The notes: a model not told the origin generated them from the letters alone. A stretch of DNA of 64,000 nucleotides from Macrostomum hystrix (GCA_950097015.1 CATNEN010000033.1:5208001-5272000); one strand, 5' to 3'. Counted from the first letter of the stretch, positions 22,820 to 35,965 are shown. Program-made: numbers and translations.

Positions 22820-24590
22820 AGATCACTGATCTATCAACGAGATTCGGATATCATTGATCTAGCAACGAGATTCAGAGATCACTGATCTATCAACGAGATT
22901 CGATGATCACTGATCTATCAACGAGATTCGATGATCACTGATCTTTCAACGAGATTCGATGATCACTGATCTATCAACGAGATTCGATGATCACTGATCT
23001 TTCAACGAGATTCGATGATCACTGATCTTTCAACGAGATTCGATGATCACTGATCTATCAACGAGATTCGATGATCACTGATCTTTCAACGAGATTCGAT
23101 GATCACTGATCTTTCAACGAGATTCGATGATCACTGATCTTTCAACGAGATTCGATGATCACTGATCTATCAACGAGATTCGATGATCACTGATCTATCA
23201 ACGAGATTCGATGATCACTGATCTATCAACGAGATTCGATGATCATTGATTTATCAACGAGATTCGGAGATCACTGATCTATCAACGAGATTCGATGATC
23301 ACTGATCTTTCAACGAGATTCGATGATCACTGATCTATCAACGAGACTCGGAGATCACTGATCTATCAACGAGATTCGATGATCACTGATCTATCAACGA
23401 GATTCGATGATCACTGATCTTTCAACGAGACTCGGAGATCACTGATCTATCAACGAGATTCGATTATCACTGATCTTTCAACGAGATTCGGAGATCACTG
23501 ATCTATCAACGAGATTCGATGATCACTGATCTTTCAACGAGACTCGGAGATCACTGATCTATCAACGAGATTCGATGATCACTGATCTTTCAACGAGATT
23601 CGGAGATCACTGATTTATCAACGAGATTCGGAGATCACTGATCTATCAACGAGATTCGGAGATCACTGATCTATCAATGAGGTTTTGAGATCGCTGATCT
23701 ATCAATGAGGTTTTGAGATCGCTGATCTATCAATGAGGTTTTGAGATCGCTGATCTATCAATGATGTTTTGAGATCACTGATCTATCAATGAGGTTTTGA
23801 GATCGCTGATCTATCAATGAGGTTTTGAGATCGCTGATCTATCAATGATGTTTTGAGATCACTGATCTATCAATGAGGTTTTGAGATCGCTGATCTATCA
23901 ATGAGGTTTTGAGATCGCTGATCTATCAATGATGTTTTGAGATCACTGATCTATCAATGAGGTTTTGAGATCACTGATCTATCAATGAGGTTTTGAGATC
24001 GCTGATCTATCAATGAGGTTTTGAGATCGCTGATCTATCAATGATGTTTTGAGATCACTGATCTATCAATGATGTTTTGAGATCACTGATCTATCAATGA
24101 GGTTTTGAGATCGCTGATCTATCAATGAGGTTTTGAGATCGCTGATCTATCAATGATGTTTTGAGATCACTGATCTATCAATGAGGTTTTGAGATCGCTG
24201 ATCTATCAATGAGGTTTTGAGATCGCTGATCTATCAATGAGGTTTTGAGATCGCTGATCTATCAATGATGTTTTGAGATCACTGATCTATCAATGAGGTT
24301 TTGAGATCGCTGATCTATCAATGAGGTTTTGAGATCGCTGATCTATCAATGAGGTTTTGAGATCGCTGATCTATCAATGAGGTTTTGAGATCGCTGATCT
24401 ATCAACGAGATTCGATGATCACTGATCTTTCAACGAGACTCGGAGATCACTGATCTATCAACGAGATTCGGAGATCACTGATTTATCAACGAGATTCGGA
24501 GATCACTGATCTATCAACGAGATTCGGAGATCACTGATCTATCAATGAGGTTTTGAGATCGCTGATCTATCAATGAGGTTTTGAGATCAC
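22820..24590. repeat. 28-bp satellite in alternating variant blocks
   Basis: A = gatcactgatctatcaacgagattcgat, B = gatcgctgatctatcaatgaggttttga; order A-B-A-B. Confidence 0.92.
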
Positions 24591-24881
24591 TAACATATCA
24601 GGTTCAACGTGTTTGTGTTGGAAATAAGCATTATGGCGTGTGCAGTTTAAATTGCCTGTGATGAAGGGATTGAAGCCTGGACTGTTTTGAGGGGGCGGCG
24701 CCCAGCCAATGAAAAATGACGAACTGCCTGCTGCTAATATAAAGGTGCACACTGGCTGGCAGGTGCAAAGAGAATCAAGTGTGTTAAATACATCAGTTGA
24801 TTTGTACTGCTAAAGAAGCCAAGCATGCGCGCCAAGGCTTTCTGCGGCCGTGGCCGTTATCAACTGACTGCCGACCTTCTG

Positions 24882-25905
24882 ATGCTGACTCTGCTGCTGT
24901 TGACTGCCTTCTGCTGTCTGGCAACTTCAGAGAACGACTGCAGCGTGAGTTTGTGGGGAGCAATCTTAACTTTCGAAATTGCGACTCTCTTTAGAGAGAT
25001 TCTCCTTGGTGCGATTCTCCTTGGTGCGATTCTCCTTGGGGCGATTCTCCTTGGGGCGATTCTCCTTTTCTTCGAGCGATTCTTCTAATTGGAGCGGTTC
25101 CACTAGGTGCGTCTCTCCTTGGTGCCGATTTTCTTTAGGGCTTGGAGCGATTCTCATTCGAGCGATTCGTGGGACGATTCTCCTTGGTACGATTCTCCTT
25201 GGTGCGATTCCCCTTGGGGCAACTCTAGTTGGGCCGATTCTCCTAGGGCCGATTCTCTTTAGGCCGATTCTCCTTGGGGCAACTCGCCTTGGGCCGATTC
25301 TCATTTGGGCAACTCTCCTTGGGGCAACTCGCCTTGGGCCGATTCTCATTTGGGCAACTCTCCTTGGGGCAACTCGCCTTGGGCCGATTCTCATTTGGGC
25401 AACTCTCCTTGGGGCGATTCTCCCTTGGCTTAGAGCTATTTTCCTTGGGGCGATTCTCTTCGATTCCTTGGGCCGATTCTCTTTGGGCTGATTCTTCTTG
25501 TGGCTTGGAGCGATTCTTCTTGAAAGCCAAGATTCCGACCCGCACAGTTTCCAGTATCGGTCGCTCCGGTTTCAGAATCCAGGGCTGTGTCATGTGGGGT
25601 CACCAGGGAAGCAGGAAGCGAAGAGTGACTCTCGTTTCTGTGCTCTGTGCGCGATGGAACTGATTGCTGGTTTAGCGGGGCCCGCTGCTAGGAGATGCAG
25701 ATAAATATTTCTTTAGACAAACAAGCAGTTATCAAGTGATAGCGAGCCAGATGACAGATAAAACATGCGAATCGGCACAGCCGCCACAAAACACCGCAAA
25801 CACAGCCGCGCAGTGAGCTTTGTAAACTGTGCGAACAAAGTTTCAGAATTTCACTTGTGCAACAATCATCTATCAGGAAAAGTAAAGGAAATGAATTAAC
25901 AGCAC

Positions 25906-25984
<79 letters not shown>

Positions 25985-28900
25985 CGTTAGGTTCGCCAGC
26001 ATCGTTAGGTGTGCATTTGTAAATGCATTATCCTGTCTGTGCGTATTGGCATGCAAAGAACCATACTGACAATGAGTGTAGGGCCTCTGACTAGCTTTTA
26101 TTTTTAACAATATCAAGCCCACCGACTCGTGCTTTGTTTGTGGGAATTTTTCCCCGTTCAAGAAGTTCAGCTCCAATTTCTAAAGTGAATAGTTCAGTCT
26201 GCTTCCCAGTGTTTACAATCGGCACAATGGGGCTCAACAGCCCCCCACTTGCATCCGGGTCCTGGCTGGGACGCGAATTTTTTTTAAAAAGGTCTTGGCT
26301 AATTAGAGCGAGTCAGTGGGACAATACTCGCACATACTATCATAGCTAGCTAATGGAAAGAAACTCTCAAATTCTTGTGCACCTGTCTGTTCACAATGCG
26401 CTGGTTTATGGTCAACAAATTCGGATCCCTAATTATTGAGCAATTGGACTGAAAGCGAATCACAATGAGATGAGGAGGCGTTCGAAGTTTCGCCAAGATG
26501 TGCTCAGATTTTGCACCCACTTCGTGTCTAAATGTGGGCTGTGGCCTGTTGGCCGAGGAATAAAGAATAGGAATGGGAGAGAAGGGAGAAGGAATGGGAT
26601 AAAGAGGAGAAGGAATGGGATAGAGGGGAGAAGGAATGGGATAAAGAGGAGAAGGAATGGGATAGAGGGGAGAAGGAATGGGATAAAGGGGAGAAGGAAT
26701 GGGATAAAGGGGAGAAGGAATGGGATAAAGGCGAGAAGGAATGGGATAGAGGGGAGAAGGAATGGGATAGAGGGGAGTAGGAATGGGACAGAGGGGAGTA
26801 GGAATGGGACAGAGGGGAAAAAGAATCGGACAGAGTGGATTAGGAATGGGATAAAGGGGAGAAGGGATGGGAGAGAAGGGAGAAGGAATGGGATAGAGGG
26901 GAGAAGGAATGGGATAGAGGGGAGTAGGAATGGGATAGAGGGGAGTAGGAATGGGATAGAGGGGAGTAGGAATGGGACAGAGGGGAAAAAGAATCGGACA
27001 GAGTGGATTAGGAATGGGATAAAGGGGAGAAGGGATGGGAGAGAAGGGAGAAGGAATGGGATAGAGGGGAGTAGGAATGGGATAGAGGGGAGTAGGAATG
27101 GGATAGAGGGGAGTAGGAATGGGACAGAGGGGAAAAAGAATCGGACAGAGTGGATTAGGAATGGGATAAAGGGGAGAAGGAATGGGATAGAGGGGAGTAG
27201 GAATGGGATAGAGGGGAGTAGGAATGGGATAGAGGGGAGTAGGAATGGGACAGAGGGGAAAAAGAATCGGACAGAGTGGATTAGGAATGGGATAAAGGGG
27301 AGAAGGGATGGGAGAGAAGGGAGAAGGAATGGGATAGAGGGGGGAAGGAATCGGATAGAGGGGAGTAGGAATGGGATGGAGGGGAGTAGGAATGGGATGG
27401 AGGGGAGTAGGAATGGGATGGAGGGGAGTAGGAATCGGATAGAGGGGAGAAGGAATGGGATGGAGGGGAGTAGGAATGGGATAGAGGGGAGTAGGAATGG
27501 GATAGAGGGGAGTAGGAATGGGATAGAGGGGAGTAGGAATGGGATAGAGGGGAGAAGGAATGGGATAGAGGGGAGAAGGAATGGATAGAGGGGAGTAGGA
27601 ATGGGATAGAGGGGAGTAGGAATGGGATAGAGGGGAGTAGGAATGGGATAGAGGGGAGTAGGAATGGGGTAGAGGGGAGTAGGAATGGGATGGAGGGGAG
27701 AAGGAATGGGATAGAGGGGAGTAGGAATGGGATAGAGGGGAGTAGGAATGGGATAGAGGGGAGAAGGAATGGGATAGAGGGGAGAAGGAATCGGATAGAG
27801 GGGAGTAGGAATGGGATAGAGGGGAGTAGGAATGGGGTAGAGGGGAGTAGGAATGGGGTAGAGGGGAAAAGGAATGGGATAGAGGGGAAAAGGAATGGGG
27901 TAGAGGGGAGTAGGAATGGGATGAAGGGGAGTAGGAATGGGATGGAGGGGAGTAGGAATGGGATAGAGGGGAAAAGGAATGGGGTAGAGGGGAAAAGGAA
28001 TGGGGTAGAGGGAGTAGGAATGGGATGGAGGGGAGTAGGAATGGGATAGAGGGGAAAAGGAATGGGGTAGAGGGGAGTAGGAATGGGATAGAGGGGAAAA
28101 GGAATGGGTTAGAGGGGAAAAAGGAATGGGGTAGAGGGGAGTAGGAATGGGGTAGAGGGGAGTAGAATGGGATAGAGGGGAGTAGGAATGGGATAGAGGG
28201 GAAAAGGAATGGGGTAGAGGGGAGTAGGAATGGGATGAAGGGGAGTAGGAATGGGATGGAGGGGAGTAGGAATGGGATAGAGGGGAGTAGGAATGGGATA
28301 GAGGGGAGTAGGAATGGGATAGAGGGGAGTAGGAATGGGATAGAGGGGAGTAGGAATGGGATAGAGGGGAGAAGGAATGGGATAGAGGGGAGTAGGAATG
28401 GGATAGAGGGGGAGTAGGAATGGGATGGAGGGGGAGTAGGAATGGGATAGAGGGAGTAGGAATGGGATAGAGGGGAGTAGGAATGGGATAGAGGGGAGAA
28501 GAATGGGATAGATGGGGAGAAGGAATGGGATAGAGGGGAGTAGGAATGGGATAGAGGGGAGTAGGAATGGGATAGAGGGGAGTAGGAATGGGATAGAGGG
28601 GAGAAGGAATGGGATAGAGGGGAGAAGGAATCGGATAGAGGGGAGTAGGAATGGGATAGAAGGGGAGTAGGAATGGGATAGAGGGGAGTAGGAATGGGAT
28701 AGAGGGGAGAAGGAATGGGATAGAGGGGAGTAGGAATGGGATAGAGGGGAGTAGGAATGGGATAGAGGGGAGTAGGAATGGGATAGAGGGGAGTAGGAAA
28801 TGGGATAGAGGGGAGAAGGAATGGGATAGAGGGGAGAAGGAATGGGATAGAGGGGAGTAGGAATGGGGTAGAGGGGAGTAGGAATGGGGTAGAGGGGAGT

Positions 28901-31900
28901 AGGAATGGGGTAGAGGGGAAAAGGAATGGGGGTAGAGGGGAGAAGGAATGGGATAGAGGGGAGAAGGAATGGGATAGAGGGGAGTAGGAATGGGATAGAG
29001 GGGAGTAGGAATGGATAGAGGGGAGTAGGAATGGGATAGAGGGGAGTAGGAATGGGATAGAGGGGAGTAGGAATGGGATAGAGGGGAGTAGGAATGGGAT
29101 AGAGGGGTGAAGGAATGGGATAGAGGGGAGTAGGAATGGGATAGAGGGGAAAAGGAATGGATAGAGGGGAGAAGGAATCGGATAGAGGGGAGTAGGAATG
29201 GGATAGAGGGGAGAAGGAATCGGATAGAGGGGAGTAGGAATGGGATAGAGGGGAGTAGGAATGGGATAGAGGGGAAAAGGAATGGGATAGAGGGGAGTAG
29301 GAATGGGATAGAGGGGAGTAGGAATGGGATTAGAGGGGAAAAGGAATGGGATAGAGGGGAGTAGGAATCGGATAGAGGGGAGTAGGAATGGGATAGAGGG
29401 GAGAAGGAATGGATAGAGGGGAGTAGGAATGGGATAGAGGGGAGTAGGAATGGGATAGAGGGGAGTAGGAATGGGATAGAGGGGAAAAGGAATGGGATAG
29501 AGGGGAGTAGGAATGGGATAGAGGGAGAAGGAATCGGATAGAGGGGAGTAGGAATGGGATAGAGGGGTGAAGGAATGGGATAGAGGGGAGTAGGAATGGG
29601 ATAGAAGGGGAGTAGGAATGGGATAGAGGGGAGTAGGAATGGGATAGAGGGGAGAAGGAATGGGATAGAGGGGAGTAGGAATGGGATAGAGGGGAGAAGG
29701 AATCGGATAGAGGGGAGTAGGAATGGGGTAGAGGGGAGTAGGAATGGGGTAGAGGGGAAAAGGAATGGGATAGAGGGGAGTAGGAATGGGATGGAGGGGA
29801 GTAGGAATGGGATGAAGGGGAGTAGGAATGGGATAGAGGGGAGTAGGAATGGGGTAGAGGGGAAAAGGAATGGGATAGAGGGGAGTAGGAATGGGATTGA
29901 GGGGAGTAGGAATGGGATAGAGGGGAGTAGGAATGGGATAGAGGGGAGAAGGAATGGGATAGAGGGGAGAAGGAATCGGATAGAGGGGAGTAGGAATGGG
30001 ATAGAGGGGAGTAGGAATGGGATAGAGGGGAGTAGGAATGGGATAGAGGGGAGAAGGAATGGGATAGAGGGGAGTAGGAATGGGATAGAGGGGAGTAGGA
30101 ATGGGATAGAGGGGAGTAGGAATGGGATAGAGGGGAGTAGGAATGGGATAGAGGGGAGAAGGAATGGGATAGAGGGGAGAAGGAATGGGATAGAGGGGAG
30201 TAGGAATGGGGTAGAGGGGAGTAGGAATGGGGTAGAGGGGAGTAGGAATGGGTAGAGGGGAAAAGGAATGGGGTAGAGGGGAGAAGGAATGGGATAGAGG
30301 GGAGAAGGAATGGGATAGAGGGGAGTAGGAATGGGATAGAGGGGAGAAGGAATGGGATAGAGGGGAGAAGGAATCGGATAGAGGGGAGTAGGAATGGGAT
30401 AGAGGGGAGTAGGAATGGGATAGAGGGGAGTAGGAATGGGATAGAGGGGAGAAGGAATGGGATAGAGGGGAGTAGGAATGGGATAGAGGGGAGTAGGAAT
30501 GGGATAGAGGGGAGTAGGAATGGGATAGAGGGGAGTAGGAATGGGATAGAGGGGAGAAGGAATGGGATAGAGGGGAGTAGGAATGGGATAGAGGGGAGTA
30601 GGAATGGGGTAGAGGGGAGTAGGAATGGGGTAGAGGGGAGTAGGAATGGGGTAGAGGGGAAAAGGAATGGGGTAGAGGGGAGAAGGAATGGGATAGAGGG
30701 GAGAAGGAATGGGATAGAGGGGAGTAGGAATGGGATAGAGGGGAGTAGGAATGGGATAGAGGGGAGTAGGAATGGGATAGAGGGGAGTAGGAATGGGATA
30801 GAGGGGAGTAGGAATGGGATAGAGGGGAGTAGGAATGGGATAGAGGGGAGTAGGAATGGGATAGAGGGGTGAAGGAATGGGATAGAGGGGAGTAGGAATG
30901 GGATAGAGGGGAAAAGGAATGGGATAGAGGGGAGAAGGAATCGGATAGAGGGGAGTAGGAATGGGATAGAGGGGAGAAGGAATCGGATAGAGGGGAGTAG
31001 GAATGGGATCGAGGGGAGTAGGAATGGGATAGAGGGGAGAAGGAATGGGATAGAGGGGAGTAGGAATGGGATAGAGGGGAGTAGGAATGGGATAGAGGGG
31101 AAAAGGAATGGGATAGAGGGGAGTAGGAATCGGATAGAGGGGAGTAGGAATGGGATAGAGGGGAGAAGGAATGGGATAGAGGGGAGTAGGAATGGGATAG
31201 AGGGGAGTAGGAATGGGATAGAGGGGAGTAGGAATGGGATAGAGGGGAAAAGGAATGGGATAGAGGGGAGTAGGAATGGGATAGAGGGGAGAAGGAATCG
31301 GATAGAGGGGAGTAGGAATGGGATAGAGGGGAGTAGGAATGGGATAGAGGGGAGTAGGAATGGGATAGAGGGGAGTAGGAATGGGATAGAGGGGAGTAGG
31401 AATGGGATAGAGGGGAGAAGGAATGGGATAGAGGGGAGTAGGAATCGGATAGAGGGGAGTAGGAATGGGATAGAGGGGAGTAGGAATGGGATAGAGGGGA
31501 GTAGGAATGGGATAGAGGGGAGTAGGAATGGGATAGAGGGGAGTAGGAATGGGATAGAGGGGAGAAGGAATGGGATAGAGGGGAGTAGGAATGGGATAGA
31601 GGGGAGAAGGAATCGGATAGAGGGGAGTAGGAATGGGGTAAGAGGGGAGTAGGAATGGGGTAGAGGGGAAAAGGAATGGGATAGAGGGGAGTAGGAATGG
31701 GATGGAGGGGAGTAGGAATGGGATGAAGGGGAGTAGGAATGGGATAGAGGGGAGTAGGAATGGGGTAGAGGGGAAAAGGAATGGGATAGAGGGGAGTAGG
31801 AATGGGATTGAGGGGAGTAGGAATGGGATGGAGGGGAGTAGGAATGGGATAGAGGGGAGAAGGAATGGGATAGAGGGGAGAAGGAATGGATAGAGGGGAG

Positions 31901-33292
31901 AAGGAATGGGATGAAGGGGAGTAGGAATGGGATAGAGGGGAGAAGGAATGGGATAGAGGGGAGAAGGAATGGGAGAGAGGACACCAACCAACCAACAACG
32001 CCCCTGAATCGCCCTTTCCTGACCGCAGGTGAATAGTGTCTCATCGAACTGCTCATTCCAAAATGACTGCTCAGTGCTGAGCGGCAGTGTGTCAGGTAGG
32101 CGATTCTTTTAGCCATTTCTAATTGAGTATTTTGTGGAAGGCAAGCTGGTAAATTAAAGAAATATTCGCAGCATGCACTGAGAGTAGCGTGTATTGCGTA
32201 TTGTGTTAAGTTTATTACATAATGGTGACTTCTCTCATTATCCGAAGAGTGCACCTACTGCCTGGCAGCCAAGGATTCGAAATCTGCCAGCCCGCTGACC
32301 TCCACGCTCTTGAATAGAAGCGGTGGGGGCCATCTCAGCTGGACTACAATGGACCTGGACCTCGGCAGCATCGAGTCCACCGACTGCCTGGCTGTGAAGC
32401 TCATCGAATATATTAAATTTGCGCAAGAGAAAGGCTCCGTCAAACTGTTCAACCTGTGCGGCTTGCCACGGCGAAGCAGCCGGCTGCTGCGGCTGAAGCT
32501 GCTGCTGAAATTCGATGCCTCACGATCGGCCTCGGTGGCGGTTCTCACCGAGAAGTTCCACCGGCAGCGTCTGTGCAACCAGTCCGTGTGCGTCAGGCGA
32601 GCTCACCTCAGGCTGCTCGGCTCTCCTCCTGAGCCCAAAAGCTGCCCTCGTCCAGATCGGCTTCGACAACGTCAGCTGCCTGAGCAGGTCGAGCGACAGC
32701 GTCTGCAGCGGTCTCACGGTCGGCCAGCTCGGCTGCGGCTCGGCCCGCTTCGAGCTGAACTTCGACCAGAGCCATGAATACGCCGAGGTGGGCATTCAGG
32801 GCGGCGGAACCAATCAGGTGAGTTCGGCTGCTCACTGGCCACATTGAATTATCAAACCAGCGAGCTGTTATAACAAAAATAATAAACCGAATCTCCACCT
32901 AGACTGCCGGCTGGGTGATCAAACAGGACGTGAGCATGATGCCTCCAAGCAGAGGAAAAAAGGATTACATCATTTTCAAAGTTGAGAAGGTGAGTAGCGC
33001 TTTGTAGCGAGTCTCTAGTTACCATGGTTACCATAAGGCTTATTAACTAAAAACGGCACACAACATTTAGACTTTTTTTTTAATCCTTCAGTACAAAAAA
33101 GTTTACTGGCTCGCCGACGATGACATGTCGAATAACTTCGAGCACAACCTGCTGAATGCCGTCGGCTACGCTGTCGCGGACGCCTGTCCCGAGACTGACC
33201 CAGCGGACACTGCGACCACGGCAAAACTACTGACGGCGCAGAATATGGGTTCCGATTTCTCTCCACTGACCCTGCCTCTGATTTCAGTGCTG

Positions 33293-33329
<37 letters not shown>

Positions 33330-33829
33330 GGCTACTTCCTCCGGCGTCGATGTCGTCAACGCGGCCTCCGCTGCTGCTCATCGCGGCTTCCGCGGAGCTT
33401 CTTCGACACAGGGCGGCCGTCCAGCTGCGCAGCCGCCTGCAAGGCCGCTGCCGCCTGCGCATCCTGCGTGCCGGCCTGAGCCAACTCGCCCCCGGCATGG
33501 CCCGCTCCTGCCAGCTGCTGCTCTTGCTCAGCACCGACGCCAGCTTCGGCGACTTCCGCCTCGATGAGTGCCCCTCCGAGCAGGCCAGACGCGAACTCCT
33601 GACCGTCCTGCACACTGAGCGGCACCGGATCTGGCGGCTGCACCTCGGCGACGGCGGGCCGAGCCTCGGTGACCCGTCGGCGCAGCTGGGGCCGGCAGCC
33701 GATGACAGGCTCGTGCGGCTGGACGACTCGGCCGAGTTGGCGGCCAAGCGGCTGATCGGCGAGCTGCTGCAGCCGCTGCGGGCCGTCTGCCCTGCGGAGT
33801 TGAGCTCAGGGCTGGGGTTTTTTGTGTGA
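24882..33829 (+). CDS. Putative IL-17-receptor-like type I membrane protein with a SEFIR/TIR-like cytoplasmic domain (exons 24882-24944, 32029-32095, 32248-32591, 32656-32817, 32903-32989, 33092-33829; about 486 aa)
   Basis: Signal peptide MLTLLLLTAFCCLATS; phase-consistent GT-AG chain; Cys-containing ectodomain (NCSFQNDC...HLSWTTMDLDLGSI); Leu-rich TM; tail LLLIAASAELLRHRAAVQLRSRLQGRC.L.IL...SCQLLLLLS. The exon1-exon2 link spans 7 kb and the 32592-32655 intron boundaries are inferred; an in-frame ATG at 24825 is an alternative start. Confidence 0.6.
24985..25520. repeat. Degenerate 15-bp minisatellite (gcgattctccttggg) in receptor intron 1
   Basis: Direct periodicity starting shortly after the donor at 24945. 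Confidence 0.85.
25905..25982. repeat. (ATCT)n microsatellite
   Basis: Perfect tetranucleotide run. Confidence 0.95.
26571..31980. repeat. 5.4-kb purine-rich 21-bp satellite (ggaatgggatagaggggagta), intronic
   Basis: About 250 units; + strand almost free of C; ends about 50 bp before the acceptor at 32028. Confidence 0.97.
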
Positions 33830-34271
33830 TAATTCACTGACCTGATCGTGGCCGCTAGCTTTGCTGAGGAACACTTTTATGGGAGTTTTATCAGTTTTTT
33901 ATTCGCTTTTCAAACTGCGATAAGTACATTTTTCTGACTGTACATTTGTACGGAACAGTACGTTTCCTTAGTAGTTTATTCACGCGAATTTTTTTCCTAT
34001 TGAGATTTTTGTTTCTGCTTCGTGTATACCGACAAATAATAAATAAATTACCTATTGAATATACCTGCCAATCGGTCACGCTGGTATTCGCTGGCTCTAA
34101 CAGGAGGGGTGGCGTACGATAAGACAAGAGGAGGGGTGGGTGCGTGACTTGGAAGGGTAAGAGAATTCAGCTACGGACCAATCAGAAGGCGGTGAGGGGA
34201 GAGAGATCAAAGACAAAAGTGAGGGGAGGCTAGACAGAACAGCTGTCTGCCTGTGAGAGCATCGTGTAGAG

Positions 34272-35382
34272 CAGGGGTCGGCAAACTCCGGCCCGCGGGC
34301 CAGATGCGGCCCTCGAAGCTCCCAAATCCGGCCCGTTGCCCCTTCTGACATCTACAGTGCAGTCCTTTTTCATCTCTCTCGTGTCTAATCTCTCCCGTGT
34401 CTAATCTCTCCTGTGTCTCATCGCTCGCGTGTCTAATCTCTCCCGTGTCTAATCTCTCCTGTGCCTCATCTCTCCCGTGTCTAATCTCTCCCGTGTCTCA
34501 TCTCTCCTGTGTCTCATCGCTCTCGTGTCTAATCTCTCCCGTGTCTCATCTCTCCTGTGTCTCATCGCTCTCGTGTCTAATCTCTCCCGTGTCTCATCGC
34601 TCTCGTGTCTCATCTCTCCCCTGTCTCATCTCTCCCGTGTCTTATCTCTCCCGTGTCCTATCTCTCCCGTGTCTTTTCTCTCCTGTGTCTCATCGCTCTC
34701 GTGTCTCATCTCTCCCGTGTCTCATCTCTCCCGTGTCTTATCTCACCCGTGTCCTATCTCTCCCGTGTCTTTTCTCTCCTGTGTCTCATCGCTCTCGTGT
34801 CTCATCTCTCCTGTGTCTCATCGCTCTCGTGTCTAATCTCTCCCGTGTCTCATCTTTCCCGTGTCTTATCTCTCCCGTGTCCTATCTCTCCCGTGTCTTA
34901 TTTCACCCGTGTCCTATCTCTCCCGTGTCTTTTCTCTCCTGTGTCTCATCGCTCTCGTGTGTCATCTCTCCCGTGTCTCATCTTTCCCGTGTCTTATCTC
35001 TCCCGTGTCCTATCTCTCCCGTGTCCTATCTCTCCTGTGTCTCATATCTCCCGTGTATTATCTCTCCCGTGTCCTATCTCTCCCGTGTCTTTTCTCTCCT
35101 GTGTCTCATCGCTCTCGTGTCTCATCTCTCCCGTGTCTCATCTCTCCCGTGTCTTATCTCTCCCGTGTCCTATCTCTCCCCGTGTCTCATCTCTCTCGTG
35201 TCTTATCTCTCCCGTGTCTAATCTCTCCCGTGTCTAATCTCTCCCGTGTCTCATCTCTCCCGTGTCTCATCTCTCCCGTGTCTCATCTCTCCCCTATCTC
35301 ATATTTATACAGTCAATGCGGCCCGCTGTCGTCTTTTAGGTTCTCTCTTTGGCCCGCCAGCAAATAAGTTTGCCTACCCCTG
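34272..35382. mobile_element. hAT (Charlie/Buster-type) MITE with an internal CT-rich repeat expansion
   Basis: TIRs caggggtcggcaaact / agtttgcctacccctg, GGCCCGC subterminal motifs, perfect 8-bp TSD gtgtagag (34264-34271 and 35383-35390) of nnnTAnnn type. Confidence 0.92.
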
Positions 35383-35819
35383 GTGTAGAGGGACGAAATC
35401 TTAACAGTAGAGCTACCAAAGGGAGAATTGCCCCCCCCTGACAAGCAACGCAAGCGTACGAAACTCAAATTGTTTATTTTGAAACAATAATCAAGCCGTC
35501 AGCGGTTCTGACTGAAGGTCAGATTTTTCCTTAAGAGCTAGTGTATTTCATACACCCCTATACACGAATTCGTACTGCGCCTAATCACCGGGGTCGGTGT
35601 CCTACCCTGGGTTTGGTAGCTGTAGCGGACTGAAATAAACAGCGTAAATAAAAAAATTATGAATAATAAAAAATATCTAAGAAAAAAATAAAATAATTAA
35701 AACTAAATAACTGAAACAACAATAGAGTGCGCAAAAGTGACATTCGATTTAAGCCTATTCCGCTGACAACTGAGCACACACGCACACAGATACCGTAAGG
35801 AGTCACACACTAACAGAGA

Positions 35820-35965
35820 AGTGTCCATCCGCCCTGACTTTATCATCATCAGGCGATATACACTATCACTGCATGTTGCTTGGAGTTTGCCCCTCGATGG
35901 CATAAATTGCACGACAAGCCCACAAGCCAATTCTCTCCTCGGCTGCGCCGCAAATGAATGTTTGC
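35820..35965 (+). repeat. Dispersed repeat copy 1 (homologous to 39560-39745 and, inverted, to 51005-51125)
   Basis: Shared cores cctgacttt.tca and aaattgcacgacaagccc.caagcc..tctctcc. Confidence 0.7.

Noticed and set aside
1-24590. Regular 25-52 bp repeats as CRISPR arrays
   Set aside because: The units are contiguous with no unique spacers, the context is eukaryotic, and there are no cas genes.
25527-25704. Possible extra receptor exon after the 15-bp repeat
   Set aside because: Several frames are open but there is no convincing donor and acceptor pair compatible with the phase-0 join to 32029.
26350-32254. Giant 974-1882 aa minus-strand ORFs (PLYPIP/SHSYSP/PFLLPS repeats) resembling extensin or mucin
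   Set aside because: They are stop-free translations of a 21-bp pyrimidine satellite, open in all three frames and frame-hopping; the satellite lies in an intron of a + strand gene.
33166-33837. Antisense and overlapping ORFs over GC-rich exons (also 860-1198, 12133-12597, 38061-38780, 45881-46291)
   Set aside because: Shadow ORFs of GC-rich coding sequence with no independent motifs or splice signals.
34397-35367. Cys/Ser/Leu-rich ORFs
   Set aside because: Internal minisatellite of an hAT MITE; open in all three frames.
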